A stretch of DNA of 64,000 nt from an uncultured Gemmatimonadaceae bacterium. GTDB lineage: Bacteria; Gemmatimonadota; Gemmatimonadetes; Gemmatimonadales; Gemmatimonadaceae. A program made the translations under genes and the position numbers. This document shows, piece after piece, positions 37,658-47,552 of the stretch. The DNA lies in assembly GCA_963761305.1 (NCBI GenBank), contig CAVXGK010000002.1, positions 2,560,001-2,624,000 of the forward strand. The letters run 5' to 3'. The notes under the pieces were generated by a model. The model worked only from the letters and a program-made list of their open reading frames with translations, did not search any database and was not told the DNA's origin. How positions within the stretch are numbered: the first letter of the stretch is position 1; every line of letters starts with the position of its first letter.

Positions 37658-40099
37658 GTGACCGCCACGCCTGTCTCGGGCCCCAGTTTCGCCGAGCGCG
37701 TGTCCCCGGCACAGCTTCCGCTCGAGCGGAAGCTGCCGTTGCTCGTGCTCGCGCTGTTCAGCGTCATCCTCGGCGCGTGGGCTGCCGCGTCGTACTACGA
37801 AACGCGTCGCGCCGCCGAAGTCGCGGCCGCGGAGCGGCTCTCGACGCTCGCGCGGATCGTCGGAGCAGCCGTCGAGCAACTCAACAACATGCGCGTTGGC
37901 GCGCTCAGCACGGTGGCGCGCGATACAGCGGTGCAGGCCGCCCTGCGATCGCCGGACCGGCCGCTCACGTCGGCCGCGCAGAAGTCGCTCGCGACGCTGT
38001 TCGCGCCCAACGGCGCGGCGATGGCGCCCGCCGAGCTCTGGACGATCGACGGCCGCGTCGCCGGAAAGCTGGAGCTCGATCTTCCCACCGAAGCGCGGGC
38101 GTTTCGAAAAGATCTTCTCAGAGCGTTGCGGCCGGGGAATCGCGATTCGCTGCTCATTGGGCAGATCCACGCGCTCGGACGCCTATCGGCCGTCTGGATC
38201 GGCGTGGTCGTTCGCGACGCCGGCGGCGGGCGCTTGGGATACGTCGTGCAGCAGCGCCACTTCGGGGCGACGCCGGCCATCACGCGCACGCTGCGCGACG
38301 TCGTCGGCGGACAGGGAAGCCTCTACGTTCACAACGCGAGCGATCCGACCTGGGTGTCGTTCACCGGCGAGCCCGTGGCAGCGCCGCTGCGTCACCGCGA
38401 GTTGATCGACAGCCTCGGTCTCGTCGAACGTCCCGGGCTGGGCACGCTGCTGAGCGCCTCGGCGCCCGTCCGCGGTGCGCCGCTGCTGGTGACGATCGAA
38501 CAGCCGCTCGCGGCGATTCTCTCGCGACAGACCGCGTCGCTCCGAGTGCTCGGTACGCTCGCTTTTCTCTTCGCCGCCGCCGGCGCGTTTCTCTCGTGGA
38601 TCGCGACGCGCCGCATCGTGCGCCCGCTCGCCGAGTTGACGAACGCCGCCGAGTCGATCGCCAACGGCGAAGTGGCGTGGCGCGTCGACGTCGACCGCAC
38701 CGACGAGATCGGCCGCCTCAGCACCGCGTTCAACCGGATGGTGCAACGCGTCGAAGATTCGGCCACCGCGTCGGCCGGCGCGGTCGCGCGCCTGACCAAG
38801 TCGGTCGAGACGCAGGAGTTTCTCGCCGAAGCCAGCCGGATCGTCGCCGGCTCGCTGTCCGACGAGCGTCTCCTGTCGGACCTCGCGCGGCACTGCGTTC
38901 CGCGCCTCGCCGATTTCTGCACGATTCACGTCGCCGAGGACGACGGCACCATCCGCCGCATCACGACCGTGCACCGCGACCGCTTGAAGCAGGAAGCGGT
39001 CGTCGATCTCGTGCGGCGGTTCGCGTATCGAGTGGACGGACCGGGCGAAGTCTCCGAGGTCATTCGCACGCAGCGTCCGATCATCGTTCCATTCATCGAT
39101 CGCAACGCCGTGCGCGCGTCGATCGACTCGGACGACATGAAGCGCCTGTTCCAGCAGATCGCGCCGAATTCATTCATGTGTATTCCGCTCGTCGCGCGCG
39201 GCCGCGCGTTCGGCGCGATGTCCTTCACGATGACGACGTCGGGCCGCCGCTTCAGCGAAGAGGACCTCGAGATCGCGACCGAAGTCGCGCGCCGCACCGC
39301 GGTGGCGATCGACAACACGCTCATCTATCGCCGGTCACTCGATCTGCGGCTGGAGGCGGAGTCGGCGAGCAACGCCAAGTCGGACTTCCTGGCGAAGATG
39401 AGCCACGAGATCCGCACGCCGATCAACGCGATGATGGGCTACGCCGAGCTGCTGCAGATGGGCATCGGCGGACCGGTGACGGCCGCGCAAGCGACGCAGT
39501 TGTCGCGCATCCGCGCCAGCGGCGAGCATCTGACAGCGATGATCGGCGAAATTCTCGATCTCTCGAAGATCGAGGCGGGCCGGATGGGCGTGGAGCCGGC
39601 GGTCGGTATCGTCGGCGACGTCGCCGAGGCCGCGCTCGGACTCATTCGCCCCGCGGCGACCACGAAGGGCGTCGATCTCGATGCGCGGCTCCGCGGCGCG
39701 CCGCGGACCACCTACGTCGGCGACCCCCAGCGCGTTCAGCAAATTCTCACGAACCTGCTCGGCAACGCGGTGAAGTTCACGCCGGCCGGCGGCAGCGTGT
39801 CGGTCTGCTGCGGGAGCGCCTCCGAGCCGGCCGCCGAAGAGCGCGTCGCGCCCTGGGCGACGATCACCGTGCAGGACAACGGCGTCGGCATCTCCCCGAA
39901 CGATCTCGAGCGCATCTTCCAGCCGTTCGTGCAGGTGGACGGCGGCTACACCCGCTCGCACGGCGGCACGGGACTCGGCCTCACGATCAGCCGGAATCTC
40001 GCGCAGATGATGGGCGGCGACATCACCGTCGAGAGCGTGCTCGGCGAAGGCTCTCGGTTCACCGTCTGGCTTCCCACGCCGGCGTCGACGGCCGCGTAG
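37658..40099 (+). CDS. Membrane sensor histidine kinase (periplasmic domain, HAMP, GAF, HisKA, HATPase); start uncertain
   Basis: Two TM segments, DEIGRL..AFNRM, MSHEIRTP, NLLGNAVKFT, DNGVGI and GGTGLGL motifs. Confidence 0.92.
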   Translation: MTATPVSGPSFAERVSPAQLPLERKLPLLVLALFSVILGAWAAASYYETRRAAEVAAAERLSTLARIVGAAVEQLNNMRVGALSTVARDTAVQAALRSPDRPLTSAAQKSLATLFAPNGAAMAPAELWTIDGRVAGKLELDLPTEARAFRKDLLRALRPGNRDSLLIGQIHALGRLSAVWIGVVVRDAGGGRLGYVVQQRHFGATPAITRTLRDVVGGQGSLYVHNASDPTWVSFTGEPVAAPLRHRELIDSLGLVERPGLGTLLSASAPVRGAPLLVTIEQPLAAILSRQTASLRVLGTLAFLFAAAGAFLSWIATRRIVRPLAELTNAAESIANGEVAWRVDVDRTDEIGRLSTAFNRMVQRVEDSATASAGAVARLTKSVETQEFLAEASRIVAGSLSDERLLSDLARHCVPRLADFCTIHVAEDDGTIRRITTVHRDRLKQEAVVDLVRRFAYRVDGPGEVSEVIRTQRPIIVPFIDRNAVRASIDSDDMKRLFQQIAPNSFMCIPLVARGRAFGAMSFTMTTSGRRFSEEDLEIATEVARRTAVAIDNTLIYRRSLDLRLEAESASNAKSDFLAKMSHEIRTPINAMMGYAELLQMGIGGPVTAAQATQLSRIRASGEHLTAMIGEILDLSKIEAGRMGVEPAVGIVGDVAEAALGLIRPAATTKGVDLDARLRGAPRTTYVGDPQRVQQILTNLLGNAVKFTPAGGSVSVCCGSASEPAAEERVAPWATITVQDNGVGISPNDLERIFQPFVQVDGGYTRSHGGTGLGLTISRNLAQMMGGDITVESVLGEGSRFTVWLPTPASTAA

Positions 40100-40128
40100 T
40101 CGATCGTTCCTCCGGCTAACTTTGGAGG

Positions 40129-41259
40129 ATGAGCGTCGCAGCCGTTCCCACCGAAATCACCGACCCGATCAACGCGCGGATCCTTGCCGTCTCCGAGGAC
40201 CGCATCGCGGGTTTCTTGATCGATCCATTCGTCGAGATCGCGCGACTGGCCGAGCTCGACGTCGCCACCGTGCACGAGCGGCTGCGCGCGATGCTGGCCG
40301 CGAAAACGATCCGCCGCATTCGCCAGACGCTCATGGCGACGAACCTCGCGCCCGGCGCGCTCGTCGCGTGGCGGGTGCCGGCCGACCAGCTCGACGCCGC
40401 GTTCGACTTCATGTGGAAGGACGATCCGTTCTCCGGCCACATCGTCATCCGGTCGACCGACGCCGAGACGACCGGGTCGGCGTTCCGTCTGTGGACGACG
40501 CTCAAGGTGCCGCAGGGCTTCTCGATGGCGCGGCATTGCGACATGCTCGCCGCCCGCGTCGGGGCCGAGACGTATCGCGTCATGCCCGCGAAGCGGCTCT
40601 TCGCGCTCGGCGTCGGCCACGTGCGGCGGCGCGGCATGGAGCCGGGGAGCAAGACCGACGAGCTCGGAGCGGTCATCGACACGAACATCGTCGAGTTGAC
40701 CGATCTCGAATGGCGCGTGCTCGAGCCGCTCAAGCGTGAGTTCACGGTCGACGAAATCACCGACGATCCCTGGGTCGCGCGCGCGGACGAGGCCGGGCTG
40801 CCCGTTCACATGTTCGCATCCGTCGCGCGATCGCTCAACGAGCGAGGCGTGATCGGCCGCTTCTCGACGTTTCTCGAGCACGTAAAGCCGTCCACCGCGG
40901 GAACGCGCGTCACACGGTACAACGCGCTCTTTCACTGGCGCGTGCCGCCCGGACGCGAGATCGAAGCCGGCCGCGAGATCGGCCGTCATCACATCCTCAC
41001 GCACGCGTACTGGCGCGAGGGCGGTTCCGATTTCGCCAACGTGAACATCATGGCCGTCGCGCACGGCACCGAGAAACCGAGTGTGCTGGCGCACAAGGCG
41101 GCGATCGACGCGCACCTGGAATCGATCGGCATGCCGGTGTCGTACACGAACGTCTTCTGGGGCGGGCGGAGCGAGATCAAGCCGTCCGAGATCTCGCCCG
41201 CCGCCTACGCGCGCTGGTGCGCGGCCATGGGAATCGACGCCGCCGCGATGCGCGGCTGA
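40129..41259 (+). CDS. Tandem Lrp/AsnC-like protein related to siroheme decarboxylase subunits (AhbA/AhbB, NirDL type)
   Basis: Two similar halves (DPF.EIA...ALVAW.VP and DPW...A...YNALFHWRVP...THAYWR...MAVAHG). Confidence 0.65.
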   Translation: MSVAAVPTEITDPINARILAVSEDRIAGFLIDPFVEIARLAELDVATVHERLRAMLAAKTIRRIRQTLMATNLAPGALVAWRVPADQLDAAFDFMWKDDPFSGHIVIRSTDAETTGSAFRLWTTLKVPQGFSMARHCDMLAARVGAETYRVMPAKRLFALGVGHVRRRGMEPGSKTDELGAVIDTNIVELTDLEWRVLEPLKREFTVDEITDDPWVARADEAGLPVHMFASVARSLNERGVIGRFSTFLEHVKPSTAGTRVTRYNALFHWRVPPGREIEAGREIGRHHILTHAYWREGGSDFANVNIMAVAHGTEKPSVLAHKAAIDAHLESIGMPVSYTNVFWGGRSEIKPSEISPAAYARWCAAMGIDAAAMRG

Positions 41260-41268
41260 GCGCGAACC

Positions 41269-42543
41269 TCAGCGGTCGTTCTTGTAGACCTTTCCGCCCT
41301 TCATGACGAACCGCACGTTGCGCAGCGTGGTGATGTCCTTGGTCGGATCGCCGGGCACCGCGATGATGTCGGCCTGCAAGCCCGGCGCGATCGAGCCGAT
41401 CTGATCGCCGAGGTGCATCGACTCGGCGGTGAGTGACGTCGCCGAGGTGATGGCGTCGAGCGGCGACTGTCCGCCGTCTTTCACCCGGCACACGAGCTCC
41501 TCGGCGTTGCGGCCGTGCGCGCCGGCGACGGCGTCGGTCCCGAAGATGACCTTGAGTCCCGGCGTGTGGATCGCGCGCCGGTACATCGCGGCGGCCAGCG
41601 GCAGCGCTTTCTCCATCGCGGCGAAGCCGGCTTCGTTGTAGTTGCCGATGCCTTCGTACTTCGCGCGATTGTCGAGATAGTTGCGGAAGACGAGGCACAC
41701 CTGCGGATCGAAGTAGACGCCGCGGTCGGCCATGAGCTTGAGCACTTCGTCGTTGGCGAACACGCCGTGCTCGATCTGGTTGCACCCGGCGTTCACCGAC
41801 GCACGAATGCTCTCCACGCTGTGCGCGTGGACCATCGTGCGCATGCCCTGGGCTTTCGCTTCACCGCAGATCGCCGCCAGCTGTGCGTCGCTCATCGTCT
41901 GTGCGCCGCCTTCGCGAATGCTCGCCGACGCGAAGATCTTGATGACATCGGCGCCCTGCGCCTTTCGCTGGCGCACGAGGGTGCGCAGCGAGTCGACGTC
42001 GATGCGTGTGTTGCTGAACGGGCTCAACGACGTGAGCACGCGCGGACCGGGGATGCCGCCGTCGGCGATCCAGTCGCGGAGATCCTTGTCCTCCGGATCG
42101 CCGGGACTCTGAATCGTCGTGAAGCCGGCCATGAGCGTCGCGTACGCATTGGCGGCCATCGACAGCATCGACTCCACTGGCGTATCGCCGTCGCCGCGCG
42201 TGTGATAGCGACCCTGCCGATTGAAGTACCACGACAGATGCGCGTGCGCGTCGATGAGACCGGGCATCAGCGTGTAGCCGCGCAAGTCGTACGTCGGCGT
42301 TCCGGTCGCAGTCTTGTCGACACGCGTGATCTTGCCGTTCTCGACGACGACGTCGCCACCCTCGATCACGTTGCCGCGGCCGTCGACGATCCGGTCGGCG
42401 CGGATGACGATCGGGGCAGGCTGGACAGGTTTTCCGTACGTCACACGTGTGCCCGCAAATGGGTTCGGGAAGGTCACCGAGGGACCTTGGGCAGACGCGA
42501 ACGCGGGGACAGCCGCAACGGACAGCGCGAGCAGCGAACGCAT
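41269..42543 (-). CDS. Secreted metal-dependent amidohydrolase (Xaa-Pro dipeptidase-like)
   Basis: MPGLIDAHAH, GADVIK, VHAH, IEHG, FGTD and GLQADIIAV.GDP motifs. Confidence 0.9.
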   Translation of the reverse strand: MRSLLALSVAAVPAFASAQGPSVTFPNPFAGTRVTYGKPVQPAPIVIRADRIVDGRGNVIEGGDVVVENGKITRVDKTATGTPTYDLRGYTLMPGLIDAHAHLSWYFNRQGRYHTRGDGDTPVESMLSMAANAYATLMAGFTTIQSPGDPEDKDLRDWIADGGIPGPRVLTSLSPFSNTRIDVDSLRTLVRQRKAQGADVIKIFASASIREGGAQTMSDAQLAAICGEAKAQGMRTMVHAHSVESIRASVNAGCNQIEHGVFANDEVLKLMADRGVYFDPQVCLVFRNYLDNRAKYEGIGNYNEAGFAAMEKALPLAAAMYRRAIHTPGLKVIFGTDAVAGAHGRNAEELVCRVKDGGQSPLDAITSATSLTAESMHLGDQIGSIAPGLQADIIAVPGDPTKDITTLRNVRFVMKGGKVYKNDR

Positions 42544-43247
42544 TGGTGTCTCTGGGGTGAGGCCGACAGACAATACTGTCGCACTCGTTCTCTTTCCAGC
42601 CGCCGTCGCTCTGCAGGCGAGAGGGCTGGCGTCGATCTCGTTTAGGCGCTTCCGAGGGCGCTCTTAGGGACGCTTCGACAACGCGCCCCCTATTAGTACA
42701 TCGCCACGGATCAGGAATTACTACCGTAACAAAACGTTACAGGCGACTAACCTCTCGTTAGCGGAGTTTACTAGTCGTTAGGCCTTATCCAGGCGTCGCC
42801 ATCGTCACCAAATGCGGACGATTGGTAGCAAATCGCCGCCCGTGGCGATGTATAAGTAGAGGGCAGCGCGAGCGCGGGATGCGCCGTGCCTGCACGGCGG
42901 GTGTTCGCGCTGGCCGACATGCACTCGCCTTCAGCGCGCATCAGTTCGTTCGCGAAATGTGCGCATTCGTCGCAGCCTTGTTTCTCTTGCCGCCGACCGG
43001 CACGAAATCGCCCGCGACCCTCTTTCAATTGGGAATGCCCGGAGTTGATTCGAGTTCAGAACGCCGTCAGTCGATGACCCCCCGGTTCCAGCAGTCCGCA
43101 GCACGGCGAAACGTCGTCCGATCCCGCCTCGCGACTGCGTCGGCCGACCGCACGTCGAACGAAGTGCGCGACGCACGATCCTTTGCCGAGATTCACTCAG
43201 CTTCGCCCGAGGATAAGGCCTCACCGTCCGCGTCTCAGCTCGAACCA

Positions 43248-43520
43248 GACGAGTTCTACCCAGTCGCAGACCAGATCTCGCCAGTCGCGGACCGGACTTC
43301 GCCCGTCACAGACCGAATCAACTTGCCTTCGGAGCGGGCGCCGGTTACTCCGTACGACATCGACGTGCCTCGGGAGCGCATCGACGCTCGACGAGACGAC
43401 CTGTAGCGCGCTCTAGACGACCGATCGCGCGCTCAAGACCACCGGTAGCGCGCTTCAGACGACCGATCGCGCGCTCAAGACCACGGGTGGCCCGCTGCAG
43501 ACAAGGCTCACGCAGGCGCT
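43248..43520. repeat. Degenerate tandem array, 13 units of 21 nt
   Basis: GAC (10 units), GAG (2) or TAC (1) starts every 21 nt from 43248 to 43500; GACGACCGATCGCGCGCTCAA is exact at 43416 and 43458. Confidence 0.8.
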
Positions 43521-43703
43521 CCGGCCGTCGAGGAGCGTCCAGCGCGTCCGCCGTCCGCTCTATCCGTCCTCAACGGGCCTCCAGATCTCCTTCAGTCCCG
43601 AGCGGCGTTCGGCGCGCCAGCTTGCCCCGACTTCGTGGCCGACGCGTCCCATCTCACGGATGCTTCAGCCGAGTCGACGCTTCTCCCGACGCATGCGCCA
43701 ACC

Positions 43704-44876
43704 TCACGCGGCGGCGTACACCTCGAACAACCCCGCCGCGCCCATTCCGCCGCCGATGCACATCGTCACCAGACCGATTCCGCCCCCGCGCTTGCCCAGC
43801 TCGTGGATGAGCTGCGTCGTGAGCTTGGCGCCCGTCGCGCCGAGCGGATGACCGAGCGCGATCGCGCCGCCGTTCACGTTGACCTTCGACTCGTCGAAGC
43901 CGAGGTCGCGGACGACGGCGACGACCTGCGCCGCGAACGCTTCGTTGAACTCGATCAGCTTCACGTCGTCGAGTTTGACGCCGGCGCGTTTGAGCGCCTT
44001 CGGCACCGCCTTGAGCGGCCCGACGCCCATGATGTCGGGCTCGACGCCGGCCGCGGCGAAGGTGATGAATCGCGCGAGCGGCTCGAGACCGAGCTGTTTC
44101 GCGCGCTCCGCCGTCATCAACAGCACCGCCGCCGCGCCGTCGGAGTACGGGCTCGCGTTCCCCGCCGTCACCGTGCCGTTCACCTTGAACGCCGGCCGCA
44201 GCTTGGCCAGTCCCTCGATCGTCGTGTCGGGACGCGGCAACTCGTCGCGCGAAAACTTGGCCGTGCTCGCGGTCTTTTCGGCGCCCTTCCACGTCGCGCG
44301 CTCGACGTCCACCGGCACGATCTGTCCGTCGAACGCGTTGTTGCTCAACGCGCGCGCCGCCTTCTGCTGACTGCCGAGGGCCCAGCGGTCCTGATCCTCG
44401 CGCGTGACCTTCCAACGCTCGGCGACTCGCTCGGCGGTGTAGCCCATCCCGATGTACGACTCGGTGATCTCGGGATCGAGGCGCGTGTGGTATCCGGACA
44501 TCGGCACCTGACTCATCATCTCGACGCCGCCGGCGAGCGCCACGTCGGCCATGTCGCTCATGATCTCCTGCGCGGCCAGGGCGACCGTCTGCAAACCGGA
44601 CGAGCAGAAGCGGTTCACCGTCGCCGCCGGGACGCTCACCGGGAATCCGGCGCGCAGCCACGACAGCCGGGCGACGTTGAGCCCCTGCGTCGCTTCCGGC
44701 ATCGCGCAGCCCCAGTACACGTCGTCGATCGTCTCGGGATCGATGCCGACCCGATCGACCACCGCGCGCATCATCGCCGCCGACAGATCGACCGCGTGCA
44801 CGTCGGCAAGCCCTCCGTCCTTCTTGCCGCGCCCGACCGCGCTGCGGACGGCGGAGACTACTACGACTTCTCTCAT
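43704..44876 (-). CDS. fadA: Acetyl-CoA C-acyltransferase (thiolase)
   Basis: NRFCSSG, NEAFA, GGAIALGHPLGATG and MCIGGGMG motifs. Confidence 0.93.
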   Translation of the reverse strand: MREVVVVSAVRSAVGRGKKDGGLADVHAVDLSAAMMRAVVDRVGIDPETIDDVYWGCAMPEATQGLNVARLSWLRAGFPVSVPAATVNRFCSSGLQTVALAAQEIMSDMADVALAGGVEMMSQVPMSGYHTRLDPEITESYIGMGYTAERVAERWKVTREDQDRWALGSQQKAARALSNNAFDGQIVPVDVERATWKGAEKTASTAKFSRDELPRPDTTIEGLAKLRPAFKVNGTVTAGNASPYSDGAAAVLLMTAERAKQLGLEPLARFITFAAAGVEPDIMGVGPLKAVPKALKRAGVKLDDVKLIEFNEAFAAQVVAVVRDLGFDESKVNVNGGAIALGHPLGATGAKLTTQLIHELGKRGGGIGLVTMCIGGGMGAAGLFEVYAAA

Positions 44877-44901
44877 GTTACGACTCCATGACTCCGAGAT
44901 A

Positions 44902-44936
44902 TCTGACGTCTGATGTCAGACATCTGACGTCAGACT
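44902..44936. repeat. Five self-complementary 7-nt tandem units (TCWGAYN)
   Basis: TCTGACG TCTGATG TCAGACA TCTGACG TCAGACT, in the fadN-thiolase spacer. Confidence 0.85.
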
Positions 44937-44971
44937 TCGTCGGTATTGCGACCCTGGCACGGTCCACCCGA

Positions 44972-47309
44972 TCAGTTCCTCAGTGGCTTTCCTGTCTTCA
45001 GCATGTACTTGATCCGATCTTGCGTCTCGCGCGTGCCGAGCAGACGCAGAAACGCCTCGCGCTCGAGATCGAGCAGATCCTGCTCCGTCACCTGTCGCGG
45101 CGGACCGTCGCCGCCGGTGAGCACGTACGCGAGCTCGTGGGCGATGCGCACGTCGTGGTCGGAGATCTGGCCGGCTTCCTTCATCGACCACGCGGCGTAG
45201 TGAAGGTTGCCCAGCGCGTCTTTTCCCATCGCCGTGATTCGGCGCGGCGTGGGCGGCACGTAGTCCGGAGCGAGGTCCGTCACGCGCGCCGCCGCGTCGG
45301 CGAGCAGCCGGTCGCGATTCATCGTGATGCGATCGGTCGGCCGCAGATAGCCGATCGATCGCGCTTCGAGCGCGCTCGTGCTCGTCGTCGCCATGGCGAT
45401 CGTCTGGAACGCCCGACGAACGGCCTCGAACGGATCCGCTTCTACATATGGAACGAGCTCGCTGGCGAACCTGAACAGCAGCTCCGTCGTCCCGCCGCCC
45501 GCCGGAATGATGCCGACGCCGACCTCGACGAGCCCCATGTACAACTCGGCGTGCGCCTGCACCCGGTCCGCGTACAGCGAAAACTCGCAGCCGCCGCCGA
45601 GCGTCAGACCGAACGGCGCGGTGACGACCGGGAACGGCGACTGCCTGATCCGCACCGAGGTGTTCTGAAATTGACGAACGGCCGCGTCGGCGCGCGACCA
45701 ATCCTGGGCATCGACGAGCGACAGCATGTACATCAGATCCGCGCCCGCCGTGAACGTGCGCGGATCGTCGTTGCCGATCACCAGGCCCGCCAGCCCGTCG
45801 CGCTCGACGCGATCGAGCGACCGATGGATCATCTCCACCACGCCGGCGCCCAGCGTGTTCAGCTTGCTGTGGAACTCCAGCACGGCCACACCGTCGCCGA
45901 CGTCGATGAGCGACGCATCGCGCGAGTCTTCGAGAATGCGAGAGTCATTTGGCGGCCGATGGAAATCGGCGAGACGGATCAAACCCGCCGGACGTGCGAT
46001 CGGCTCGTAGCCATCCTTGAACGCCAGCGCTTTCGCGCCATTCTCACTGAAGAATCCCGTCCCGCCTCTCGCACGGCGCAGAAGCTCGGGCACGTCGATC
46101 GACAGCTGCTCGAATCCCTTGGCCAGAAAATCGACGCCGAGGAGATCCATTTGCGCGAACGGGCCGGCCTCCCACGCGTAGCCCCAGACCATCGCGTCGT
46201 CGATCGACTGAATGTCTCGCGCGACGACCGGCCCGGTACACAGCACGTAGTGCGAGAAGCGCAGCAGGTACTCGCGAACGAACGCGCCGTAGCGATCGTC
46301 CTTGTTCCCGGCCCAGTCTCGAATCGCGGCGAATCGGTCGCGCCAGCGGCAAAGAGCCGATGCGCGACAGCTCGGCGCTTTCGGGCTTGGACTGCGGGCC
46401 GTATTCGCCGGTCTTCCAGTCGAGCGTTTGAATTTCCTTGCCGACGCGCCGGTAGAAGCCGGCGCCGCTTTTTTCGCCGAAACGCCCCGCCTTCACCAGA
46501 TCGAGCACCCACGGTGACAGCGCAAAGTCCTCGCCGGTCGCGCCGCTCAGCTCGTCCGTGACGTGCGCGATGACGTCGATGCCGGAGAGATCGGCCGTGC
46601 GAAAGGTCGCCGACTTCGAGCGGCCGGTGAGCACGCCCGTGAGCACGTCGGCCTCGTCGATCGTGAGACCGTGCTTTTCCATCTGGCGGATCGCGAGCAC
46701 CATGCCGAACACGCCGAGCCGGTTGGCGACGAAGCCGGGGACGTCGTTGGCGACGACGATGCCCTTTCCGAGGATGCGGTCGCTGAACTGGCGAACCGTA
46801 TCGATCGTCTCGCTCGATGTGTCCGGGCCGGGAATGATCTCGAGCAGATGCAGATATCGCGGCGGGTTGAAGAAGTGCATGCCGACGAAGCGCGATCGGA
46901 AATCCGCGCCGATTCGATCGACGAGCATCCGCATCGGAATGCTCGACGTGTTCGACGCCACGATCGTGTGCGCGGGAAGCAGCTTCTCCAGCCGCGCGAA
47001 CAGCGCCTGCTTCGGCTCGAGCTGTTCGATAATCGCTTCGACGACGAGGTCGCAGCGCGCCAGACGCTCGAGATCGTCCTCGGTGTTTCCGATCTCGATG
47101 AGCCCCGCGCGGTCAGGAGCCATGAACGCCGCCGGCTTGGCCTTCTTCGCGCGCTCGACGCCGCCCCTGGCGACCGAGTTGCGGTCGGCGCCCGCGCTCT
47201 GGCCGGGGACATCGAGCAGGATTACGGGAATGCCGGCCGACGCGGCCAGTGCGGCAATGCCGCCGCCCATGGTGCCGGCTCCGATCACGCCCAACGAACG
47301 AATGCCCAT
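44972..47309 (-). pseudogene. fadN: 3-hydroxyacyl-CoA dehydrogenase/enoyl-CoA hydratase (FadN-type), split by a +1 frameshift near 46340
   Basis: The 5' ORF has GAGTMG, EAIIE, SNTS and GMHFFNPP. The 3' ORF has FTAGADL, GGGCE, VEVGVGIIPAGGG and ends GKPLRN. Removing one base near 46340 gives a single 778 aa frame. Confidence 0.85.
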
Positions 47310-47552
47310 GGCTCAGTTCTCCCCTCGAACTGTCACATTTTAGAACAATACGGGGGTGCAAAAATGCGTGACGATCGAGCCCAGGCGACCGTCCTTAACA
47401 TGTTGCGCGGCGAATGTTTACACCGGCGACATGTCGGTTTGGCACAAACCGATCGTGCCGATCCTTTTGAGTAACCGCGCCGTTTGCGAATCCAGTCCTG
47501 TGTTTGATCGGGCTGCATAGCGGCCGGTTCGAACTCGCACCCAAGTCCCCGA

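Noticed and set aside
42822..43406. 194 aa ORF in the large intergenic gap
   Set aside because: No recognisable motif and atypical composition; it ends inside the repeat array. Not called, although a decayed gene cannot be excluded.
43415..43484. Two exact 28 nt repeats resembling a mini CRISPR array
   Set aside because: The 14 nt between them is too short for a spacer and is itself part of the 21 nt periodicity. No cas genes are present.
47440..47456. TGGCAC as a sigma-54 promoter for the pilin cluster
   Set aside because: The -12 GC is missing at the required spacing on either strand.
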